DNA of 64,000 bases, from contig QPMI01000022.1 in the NCBI GenBank assembly GCA_004431415.1, positions 62,001-126,000 of the forward strand. The letters run 5' to 3'. The position numbers and the translations under genes are program-made. This document shows positions 23,064-33,800 of this stretch, in pieces. The stretch's first letter is position 1. Each line of letters starts with the position of its first letter. The notes under the pieces are model-generated. The model had not been told where the DNA came from, did no database searches, and saw only the letters and a program-made list of their open reading frames with translations. This DNA is from Cyanophora paradoxa CCMP329. Lineage: Eukaryota; Plantae; Glaucophyta.

Positions 23064-24764
23064 ATGCACCGGCGAGACTCCGCCGGTGGCGAGGCCGAGG
23101 AGGCTGGAGCCCTCGTGCCCTCGTCGGCGGACTCCGGAGTTCCCGTTGCCTCCGTAGTGGTGCCGCACCCCGTGCCACCGGAATACGGCTCCCTCGTATG
23201 GGCGAGGGAGGAGGACGACGAAGCGTGCGCCTGCCTCGCTTGCATTTCCGATCCTGTCAAAATACGCGAGACTAGCTTACGAAGCCCGCCCGGCTCCGGC
23301 CGAGCCTATTCGAGCCTTCGAGTCATCTTTTCATCGCGCAAACTTAGCCTTGTGTCTTCGTTCCATTGCAGGATGTGGCCAGCGTTCGTCGCGGACAGCC
23401 GGCCGGGCAAGAACATCGCTGTCATCTGGCTTGGCTACGGCGGCAAGGGGGAAGGCGATCCGACTCTGGGCTTCTGCAGGCCCGGGAACGTAACCCCCAT
23501 CGTGGGCACCACGGCCGATGAGAAGCTCAGGGCGAAGGAGTACCGAGACGCTGCTGCTCAGCGTCTGAAGGATCGCACGTACAAGCTTTCGAACGAGCTG
23601 AAAAGGGCACGCTTTTCCCACCTTGCTGCGGCCTTTTCGCGCTCACGATCCGCCCAGGCCCTCGAGGAGGCCGACAAACGGGTCGCTGGAGAGGTCCGCA
23701 AGCGCTCGCGCTCGGTCGGCGCGCGGCGGCGAAGCGCGGATCTGACGGGCCCGGCGGCAGGTTACGGGCCTACCTGGAGGCCTCGCGAACAACCTCGTGT
23801 GCAAGCTCTGCGGCGAGGACGGGAGCCTCGTGCTCTGCGACGGCTGCCCCCTCTCGTACCACAAGCGCTGTCTCGGGACGAAGCGCGCCCCGTCGGGCAC
23901 CTTCCTGTGCCCGCAGTGCAAGGAGAAGAACGTCGCACCCCGGCTCCTCACGGACGGGACGGAGGACGACGCGGCGGGCGAGGCCGGCGGCGCGCCGAAG
24001 CGGAAGCGCGGCCGCGCCTCGAGCGCGGCCGTGGCCGAGGCGAAGCGCGTGAAGAAGGGCGGCTTCGAGCTCCAGGTGGGGGGCAAGTCCGTCGCCACGG
24101 GCTTTGCAACCGCAGACGCCGCCCTCAAGGCCCGCCCCGCCCTTCCTGCCCGCCCGCCTCTCCCGCCAACCAATCTCTGACCCGCGCAATCGCGCCCGGC
24201 TCCGCGCAGGTCGCGATCCAGGAGCACGTCAAGCCGTCCGAGGAGGAGAGCCGCAGCTTCAGCAAGAACAAGTGCGCTCCGGCAAGGAGCAGAGGGAAGC
24301 CTAGGTTAGCTGAGCTGCGGGGCGCGCGCAGGACCTTCCATTTCTTCTTCAAGTCGATACGCAATCATACGGACGCGGTCATAAAGTGCGCCCGCCCGAG
24401 CGGATCGCACCGGGCGGGCGGACGCGCGTGACGGGGCCTCGTCTCGCTGCTGCAGGGTCGACGGGTCGGCTTACGGGTGCACGGACGACGTGCGCGGGGA
24501 CCAGTACCTCAACTGCAACGTGGCACTGGAGGCGAGCGGTCTCTTTGTGCGGCGCCTTGAGATCGCCGCCTCTCACGCGGGGCCGGGCGGGCGCGCAGGA
24601 GATCCTCAAGATCTGCAGCCGCGAGTTCAAGACGATCACCGTCCAGCCCGTGGCTGAGGCGGCGGCGGAGGCGGTGGCGGCGGCGGGCCCCGCCGAGGAG
24701 GACGCCCCGGCCCCCGCCTCCTCCTCCTCCGCCCCGGAGAGCCGGGAGAGCACCCGCGGCCGCG

Positions 24765-24798
<34 letters not shown>

Positions 24799-27143
24799 GG
24801 GCCGCGGCGGGCGCGGGCGGGGCGGGCGCCCTCGGCGGGCGCGTCGTCTGCGGCCGGAAGCGAGAAGGCCGGCGAGGAGGAGGAGGAGGAGGAGGCGGAG
24901 GCGGACGAGGCGGGCAGCGAGGACGTCGACATGGTCCAGGCGGCCGGGAACCAGAGCCGGGAGGGGAGGAGGGGGAGGAGGAGGAGGAGGAGGAGGGAGC
25001 CTCCGGCGAGGAGGAGGACGAGTCGGAGAGCCCGTCCAAGTCGCCCTCGGGCGCCCGCGGGCGCGGCCGCGGCCGCGGGAGGGCCGGGGCCGTGGGCGGG
25101 GACGTGGGCGGGGCCGGGGCCGGGCCGGGGCCGGGGGGCGTCCACCGGCGCCGGCGCCCGGGGCGGGCTGAGGTCGGCATCGCCGGCGGCGTCGCCCTCG
25201 CCCTCGCCATCCCGGTCGCGGGCGCTCGCCCTGACGCCCTCTCGGGGGAGTCCGGGGGGCGCGGGCGCGGCCGGGGCCGCGGGAGGGGCCGCGGGGCGCC
25301 ACGCCGTCTCCGGGCCGGGGCCGCGGCGGCCGCGGCGGCCGGGGCGAGCGCGGCGGGCGCGGCGGCCGCGGCGGCAAGGCGGCGCAAGACGGGGACAGCG
25401 GCACCGAGTCCGATGTCCAGATGGGTGCGGCGCGCGCGCGCGTACGCCTACGTCGACGCGTACGTCGACGTCGACTGGGCCCGCCTACCCCCCCCCCCCC
25501 ATCCCCCCCTCCCCTCCCTCGCCTGACACGCCTGCCCGCAGCGGATGCGCTGCCAGCGCTCCCGGCGCCCAAGGCGCTCCCGGCGCCGGAGCGGCGGCCG
25601 CTGGCGACGATCGGGCGGAACGAACTCGTCCTCAGCGGAGAGGTGCGGGCGGCCCCCCGACCGTCCATCCTTCCCGTAGGGGCGGGGCGGGGCGCCGAGA
25701 CGAGGGCCGGGGTACAGGAGCTGAAGAAGAAGGCGCCGCTCGAGGAGGCGGAGCCCGGCACGTACACGCGCCTCGTCCGCGGCGAGTGGGCGGTGCGCTG
25801 TACCCCCACTCCGCCCGCCCGCCCGCGCCGCGGTCCGAGCCGCCGTTCCGCGCGCGCAGCACACGGCCGTCGTCGTGAAGGAGTACGTCTTCTCGTCGGA
25901 CGAAAACGCCCCCTCGCACCGCCGCTTCCGGCGTGACCTCGAGCGCGCCACGTGCGCCGCCGCTTTGTTTCTTGCTTCGTTTGGCGCTCTGCTGACGGGC
26001 GGCGCGGGGCGGGGCGGCGCGCGCGCGCAGACGCCTGGAGGGTCCCGGGCTCGTCCGCGTCTTCGGCTTGCTCCCGCCCGTCCCGCACGTCCCCGCGGCG
26101 GCGGCGGCGGCGGCGCCCGAGGCGGCGGAGGCGGAGGCGGAGCCGGAGGCGGCTGCGGAGGCGGCGGCGGGCGCCGAGGCGGAGGCGGCGGAGGGGGCGG
26201 CGGCCGGGGACGAGGCGGCCGCGGCGTCCTCCGAGCCGAGCGCCGGGCCCTCGTCCTCCCCCGCGACTCCCGCGGCGGGCGGGGCCGCGGCCGCGGCCGC
26301 GGTCGCGGCGGGCGCGGGCGCGGCGGCCGGCGGAGCGATAACACAGGCGGCGGCGGCGGCGGCGGCGGTTCGGGCCTCCTGGAGGCGGCGATCGTGAGCG
26401 AGGCGCTGGGCGCGTCGCTGGCGGGCGAGCGGGGCAAGGGCGGCCTGGGGCAGCGCGAGCACCTCGAGATGGCGCGGCAGGCGGCCCGCGGCCTGCGCTG
26501 CCTGCACGAGACGCACCGCGCCGCGCACGGCGGGGTCTGCTCCGAGGCCCTCCTTTTCGAGCATCACGCGCCCCCGCGGCCCGGCGTCGGCGTCGAGGCC
26601 CGCCTCCGGCTCCGCTCCGCGCCGCCCCCGCCCGCCTTCCTCGCCCCGGAGCTCCTGGAGAAGGACGGGGGGGAGGCGACCCCCGAGGGCGACGTCTACG
26701 CCTTCGGCATGCTGCTCTACCAGCTGCTGACGGGGGACGAGCCCTGGAAGGAAGGGTGCCGCGGCAAGTCCCGCGAGGAGGCCCGCGCCTTCCTCCTCGA
26801 GAAGGGCGACGCGCGGCCGAATCTGAAGCTCAAGGGCCCCCGCCAGCACGCCCTGCCCGAGGTGGGCGCGCTCAGATCCGATCCGATTTGATGTGATCTG
26901 ACCGGGGCGATATCGCGCGCGCGCGCGCAGGTGCTGCAGACGCTGATCGAGCACTGCTGGGCGGGAGACCCGGCCAAGCGCCCCAGCGCCCGCTTCGTGC
27001 ACGAGGTGATCCAGGCTGTGGCGGCCGACAAGGCCGGCAAGGAGGGCGGGGGCGGGGGCGGGGGCGGCGCCGCGGCCGCCGGCCCGGGCCCGCACCGCTC
27101 CTTCGCGGACCTCCTCGAGAGGCACGGGCCCCTGCGCCCCTGA
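23064..27143 (+). CDS. PWWP + PHD + RG/AT-hook protein (copy B) continuing into a TKL-like pseudokinase domain
   Basis: Paralogous to about 1360-3213, introns included. Downstream exons read GTYTRLVRGEWA, AVVVKEY, ARGLRCLHETHRAAHGGV, FLAPELL...DVYAFGMLLYQLLTGDEPW and LIEHCWAGDPAKRPS. Apparent frameshifts occur in GC runs at 24800-24970. That the kinase exons belong to the same transcript is inferred from splice sites. Confidence 0.72.
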
Positions 27144-27846
27144 AGGCTTCGCGCATCGCTTCGGGCTCCCGAGGCCGAGGCCGGTGTCGATCGATCCTAT
27201 CCTCGCCGCCCGGCGCCGGCGCCTGCGCGGCGGCGATTCCCCCTCGTTTCCGAACTCAGTCAGTCAGTCAGCCAGTTAGCTTGGCGATGTTGCGTTTGTA
27301 CAGCAACCGAGACAACAAACCCGATCGCGCATCTCAGACTATATGCTATAGCTATATATAGCTGGCGCTAGCTATATATAGCGGGCTAGCGCTATAAGCC
27401 GTCTCCAATATCGGACTCCCTTTACTAAGGAAATATGTCTATGACGTCGACACGCGCACATACAGATACGTATACATTAATACGCATATGCGGACAACGT
27501 AATTATCTTTTAGAAGGCAGCGTTTTCGAATTCGAACTGCAGTACTAGTGCACAGCGGAGGTGCGTATCTACACGCTACAAACACTGCTACGAGCTTGAA
27601 ACGGCTCCATGAAAGTCTATACTCTCCACTGCCAAAAATACTCTCTCAAAAATACTCGCACGGGCGATCTAAGCCCACTACGGAGAAGCCAATTGCAAAC
27701 ATCTGCAGAGTCCAGAACCAAGGAATTCCGAAAAAGCCTTCAGTCCAAAACCGGAAGGGGTGGGGGGGGGGGGGGGGGGGGGGGGGGAAGCTGGGAGAAG
27801 GGCCCGGCGGGAGCCGAGCCGAGCCGAGCCGAGCCGCGCCGCGGCG

Positions 27847-30800
27847 CTACGGGGCCGCCGCCGGCCGTACCCCCTCGTCGTCGACCAGCAGAATGCTAGC
27901 GGGCGCCGGGGCGGCGCGCCGGCGGCGGAGGAGCCGCCCCGGGCCGAACTTGCGCACGAGGAAGTCGCCCAGGGAGGGCCCCCGCCCGGCGCGGGCGAGG
28001 CGGCCGTGGATGGCGGAGCGGTCCTCGTGGGACAGGGCGCCCGTGTAGTGGGGCAGGGCGACGAGCAGCGGCGGCTGCGGCGAGAGCGGCGCGGCGGCCC
28101 GCCGGCCGGCTGCCTCCCAGTCCTCCGCCGTCCGGATCGTCTGCGAACAAAGGTTTGAATTTGATCTAAAAATAGATTGGAGCAGAAACGGCGTACCCGC
28201 ATGAGGAACTGGGCGCCCCGGACGCGCTCCGCGGGGGACACGAAGCGGGACCAGCGGGCGAGGGCGCCCAGCGGGGCGGCGAACGGTCCTCCGTACGCGG
28301 CCATGAGCACCGAGAAGGGTACGCGGACGACTCCGTCCTTCTCGGGGCCGATGACGCGATCGGTCGCGACGAGGACGATGAGGTAGTAGGCGTGGAGTGC
28401 GATCGCAGCGAGGAAGGCGACGGCCGCGCCGATCACGAGGAGCAGCACCGTACCCGTGAGCGTCGCCGCGACGAGCGAGTCAAGCTGCGAACGGAGCGGG
28501 TCGGATCAAATTCGGATCAGATCAGATCTGATCTGAGCGGATCTGATCTGAGCGGACCGGGACGCCGACGAGGATGATCCCGGCGAAGAGGACGTAGAGG
28601 TGCACGAAGAGCGACGCGAAGGCGAAGGCGTTCAGGGGGCCCGCCACGTAGGGGCGGAACCAGACCTGGGTACAGGGATTCAGCTCAGACCGCTCAGATC
28701 GGATCAGATATGATGTGATCTGATTTCGGGTTCACCTGAAGCGTCAGGGAGACCGCGACGACCGCGAGGTTGGCGGTCATCTGAGGACGCAGATCAAGTG
28801 AGCGAATGTGAAATGTCCAACATAGATCCTTGACGCTCTAGAAAATTTCGACCTGGATTAAGGAGGTCGATGGTCTTATGATTACCTGGAGATCTAGACC
28901 TTCGTTTACATCCTTATGAGAGAGGATTTGTGTTTGTTTTGTTCACTTGGAGGTCTAAAGACCTAGATCTAGAGATCCAGGCCTTCCTAAATTCAGATCC
29001 TTAAGAGAGGATCCTTAAGAGAGGATAAGAGAGGATCCTTAAGAGGGGGGAGGGGGGATGGAATGGGGGGGGGGTACCTGGAGGTCGACGGTGTCCCAGG
29101 TGAAGACGTTGACGATGACTACGGCGACGCGGCGGGCGAGGACGACGAGGAACCACCACTCGCGCCCGGGGCGCAGGCCAGCCGCGAGGAAGGCGGTGAG
29201 CGGGCGCCGCTCGTTCTCCTCGGCGGCCACCTCGGCGGCGAGGGCCTGTACCTCCAGGGCCGAAAGATGCCTTCCCAGCGGCGGCGGCGGAGGCGGCGGC
29301 GGGCTTGGCTGCCTTCGAAGGAGTCGCTGCTCCTGCTGCTGCTGCTGCTGCTGCTGTGTGGAATGGGGGCCGACGCCGCCGCCGCCGGAGGCCCCCCCGC
29401 TGGACTCGCTCTTGGTCTCCTCCTCGGGGCCCCCCGGAGTGGGCGCCGAGGGCCCCGCCACGGGGAGCCCGGCCGCGTCGCGGCTGACCGGCGTCGCCGG
29501 CGGGAGCGGCCCGGCCTCGGGGATCCGCCGGGTCCGGGCCATGGCGGTCCCGGCCGAGGTCGCGTCCCCGCGCCCCGCGGCGCGCCGGGCGCGCATCTCG
29601 CGGACCCGCTTCAGGCGCGCCGTGTCGCGCCAGGCCAGGCCCGCGAGGAGGACCGGGATCCCACAGACGTAGATCGCGATCGCCGCTGAGTTACATACAT
29701 AAGATAAGAGAGATAATATAAGGTAAGAGAGGAAGCACCGATGGCGGCGGGGCGGAGGGATGTCCAATCGCCGTTGACGTCGGAGCACTGGACGGAGGGC
29801 GCGGCGCGCATGTAGCGGCGCCCGTCCGAGTTCTCGGCGCACGAGAAGATCTCCAGCACCGACGCCGCGATCTGGAGGTACGCCAGGTGCAGGAACTGCG
29901 GACGAAGGAATCGGCGGGGGGTACAGGAAAGAAAGAAAGACGCGGGGGGAAGGACCTGGAGGATGGTCGTGGCGATGCGGCGGGGGGGTAGGGGCCACGC
30001 CGAGGAGGACTCCGGGGCCGGGCCGAGCCCGGGTACGGGCGTCCCCCCGTCGTCCGGGTACACGCTGTTGCTGCCGGCGCTCGCCCGCCGCTTGCGGGAG
30101 CGCTGCGGGTGCGAACGAAGGGGCGAACAGAGGCTCAGCCTCGCGCGCGCTCCGCCGAAGGCTCAGATTACGTTTCTAGCGTCCTATCGCCCTGTCCGAC
30201 GCTAGAGCGGCCCCCCAAACGAGCACGCGTCTTCTTCCGCTCTCCTTCTCCTTCCCCCCCCCCCTTTCTTCTTCTACCCCCTTCGTTCGCACCTGCTCCA
30301 TGGCGGCGTACTCGGGCTGCCCGGGTACGGGTACGCGGGATGCCAGGCCCGACCCCTCGCTGGCCTCGTCGATCTCCGAGGGGCGCCGCGGGCCCGCCCC
30401 CGCGGCCCGCAGCACTGCCGCCCCCGCGCCGTGAGCAAAACGTGGGGGGGAGGGGAGGAGCGTTGGGTCTAGTCGAGTTATCTTGACCGAACAAATATGT
30501 TTATAACTTAGTCAGTTATCTTATCTAAGTTTAGCCACTAGGGGGGAAAGGGGCGGAGGGGGCGGGCGCACGGGCGAAGGAGCGGAGGGATGTGCCGGCG
30601 CTGTTCAGGTTCCCCCGCGAGTTGTTGTTGTTGTTGCCTGCGCGCTCAGGTTCGTGAGCGAGCGACAGTGCGAGCTCAGGTGAGCCGGGGGGGGGGGGGG
30701 GGGGGGGACCCGCGCCCCGGATGTCCGGGTCGGATAGCGGCAGGAGCACGGGGCGGGCCCGCCCCAGAGAAGAAGAAGAAGGGGAAGACGCCCGCCCGGC

Positions 30801-33800
30801 TCGGATGGCGCGCCAGGCGGCGGCGAGGCCGCAGGCGGCCGCCGTGACCAGCAGGAAGGCGGGCGGGGAGAGGAGGACCGCGGCCCACTGCGCAAGCAAG
30901 GAAGGCGTCCGTCAGATCGAAGCTCAGGCGAAGGTTGAGGCTAAGGATGAAGGCTGAGGCTGAGGCTGAGGGCGGACCTGGGCGCGGAAGGAGTCGCGGA
31001 CCCCGAGGCACTCCGGCCGCAACAGCTGCGCGCGCGCGGCCGGTCGGTCAGCCGCGGCGGGCGCAGCGTGGAGGGCAGCGCCCCTGCCCCTCCCCCTCCT
31101 TCCGTCGGCCAGCCGACCGCGCCGGCACGCCGCCCCAAACGACTTCTATCTGCCCTCTATCCAGTCCTAGTTCTCGCCCTTCCGCCGCATCATCCCGGCT
31201 CCTCCCCGCCCCGCCCCCCGCCCCGAGAGAGAGGCCCCGCCCCCCGCCCCCCGGCCCTATCTATCCCAGGCACTAGCACTCTCCCCGGCTCCTCCCCGCC
31301 CCGCGCCCCGCCCACCTGGGGCTCGAGGTTGGCGAAGGAGAGCCCCCCGCCCCCCGCCCCCCGCCCACCCATCCAAGTTCTATCGCTCTAGCCCTCTCCG
31401 CGTCTAGCCCTATCCCCGTCCACCCCGGCCCTATCTAGCCCTCTAGCCCTCTCCCGCCCCCTCCTCCGCCCTCCACCCACCTGGGGCTCGAGGTTGGCGA
31501 AGGAGAGGACCTCGACGAGGCGCGCGAGGGGGGCCGTCCACCGCGCGTTCGCGTTCCCCAGCATCGCCAGGACTGCGCGGGAGGGCGTCAGGGGAGGAAG
31601 AAGAAGAAGAGGCGGAGGCCCTCGCTCTCCCTCCCTCCCTCTCGGGACTCGCGGGGGAAGGGGCTCTGGCTAGCTAGCCGGGCCCCCCTCCTAGAGTCCT
31701 CCGAGAGGCGAGAAGAAGAAGAAGGCGACGCCTCGGGCTCGGGGCGGGGCGGGGAGAAGAGGCGGAGGCCCTCGCTCTCCCTCTCGGGGCTCGGAGCGGG
31801 GCGGGGCGGGGGCCGGCGGGGGAGAAGAAGAAGAAGGGGACGCCTCGCTCCCCCTCTCAGGCCTCGCTCTCCCTCTTGGAGCGGGGCGATGGGCAGAGCT
31901 GAGCCCGGGACGCACACTGGACGAAGAGGACGAACTCGACGAAGAGTGCGCCCACGGGCGTCGGCGCCGTCGCCGACGCCGCGTACAGCAGCATCTGCGG
32001 GGGGGGGGGGGGGGGGGGGGGGGGGCGTCGGCGGCTGGGCTAGGCTAGGCGGGCGGTCCTTCCGCTTAGGATCTTAAGAGGGAGGGACTGCCGTGGGCGG
32101 GCAGGCGCAGTGCAGCGCAGCGGGGGGGTACGGACCCAGAGGGCGGCGACGGCGACGGGGATGAGCGCGATGACCGCCACGGGGTCCCCCACGCTGCACG
32201 GGTAGCACCGGCCCTGCGGAGGGGGGATGAGGGGGGGGGGAGTGATGGGGGGGGGGGTAGAGGGGGGAGGGTGAACCTGGAGGCGGTAGAAGGCGGAGGG
32301 GGCCGGCGGGCCCCGCACGCAGCGGGAGCAGCCCTCCTCCGCGTAACCCTCCGCGCACGTCTGCAGGGGGGTACAGGTGAGGGAGGGAAGGGGCGAGAAG
32401 GGGGTACGCGAACGGACCTGGAGGCCGCCCGGGCAGGCCTCGGGGGGGCTGCACCGGCGGGCCCCGGACTGCCCCGAGGCGATCCAGTACCCCGGGAGGG
32501 CGAGGGCCTGGCGCGTGCCGGCCTCGCAGAGCGTACCCGGGCCGCACGGGCTGCACGGCACCGACGCCGCCGGGTCCCCGAACGTCCCTGTCCATCATAT
32601 TAGAGAGGAAAGGACTTCAAAGAAGAAGAAGCGGACCGGGGAGGCAGAGGCATGAGTCGACGGAGAGGGCGCCCGTGGGCGAGGTGGAGCGGGGGGGGCA
32701 GGGCGTGCAGGCCGCCGCCCCGGGGTCCCCGCTGTACGTCCCGTTCGAGCAGGGCCTAAGTGGAGGGGAGGGAGGGCGTCAGTTTTAGACTGAGCTTCTT
32801 CGTCAGAGTCTTTCAGGCGCACAGGCAGTCCCCGAGCCGGCCCTCCTTCGCTGAGCCGCCGACGCCGTAGCGGCCTGCGCGAGCGCGCGAGCTTAGATTA
32901 GGGGGGCTCGGCTCTGGGCTTAGGAAGCTCGCTTGCTTACCGCGGGGGCACGGGCTGCACGGGAGGAGGTAGCTGCTCGACTCGTACCCGGGGGGGCAGC
33001 CTGCTCGTTTCCCGCCCGCCCGCGTGAGAGGACGGAGAGAGACGAGGCGAGAAAACGAAGAGAAGGGGGGGAAGGGAGGGAAGGGGGAGGGACTTCGTCT
33101 ATGTTCAATGTTAATGGATTTGGGGTGGTGGTGAGAGTTTGTAGCACTGGACTTTCCCCAAGTCACTTTAGAAGCAGAAGCTATCAGCTATCTTTGGCAG
33201 CTATCTTTGACAGCACTACTAGAGTCCCGTAGAAGGTTTTCGACGGCAGCTATCTTCAGCAGTTGCTTAAGCTATCTTGGCAGCTATCCAGCGAGAAGGA
33301 AAGGGGGAGCGGGGGGCGGACCGGCGAAAGTGAAGAGGGGCGCGGAGGGGAAGAAGGCGCCGCCGTTGTTGGAGACGGAGAGGGCCAGCACGGCGGGCGG
33401 GTGCGGCGGGGCCTGCCAAGGTCCGAGGTCCGAGGTCAGAAAGAAACGTGGGAAAGGGGAGGGAAGGCAAGGGAGTCGCTATTTTACGATCGTTAGTTAC
33501 TTGGAGAGTTACTTAGAGGGCCGGGGAGGGGAGGGGAGGGGAGGGGGCGCCTGGCAGGCGATGGCGCCCTCCGAAAGTTAGTTAGTTAGAGAGTCGCTAT
33601 CTTGAAGTTAGTTAGTTAGAGAGTCGCTATCTTGAAGTTAGTTAGTTAGAGAGTCGCTATCTTGAAGTTGTTAGGCGGGGAAGGGGAGGGGCAAGGGCGC
33701 CTGGCAGGCGATGGCGGCCTCGGAGAGGTACTCTGCGGGGACCTCGGAGCCCTGCTCCCCGAACCTGCGGGAGGGAGGCGGGCGAGAAGGGGAGGGACCG

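Noticed and set aside
24055-24129. AP2-like DNA-binding motif FELQVGGKSVATGFATADAALK
   Set aside because: The resemblance is superficial; the conserved YRGV/WxA/YLG residues are absent.
33574-33669. CRISPR-like 30-bp repeats (the 120-bp array was also considered)
   Set aside because: Head-to-tail units with no unique spacers, no cas genes, and a eukaryotic context.
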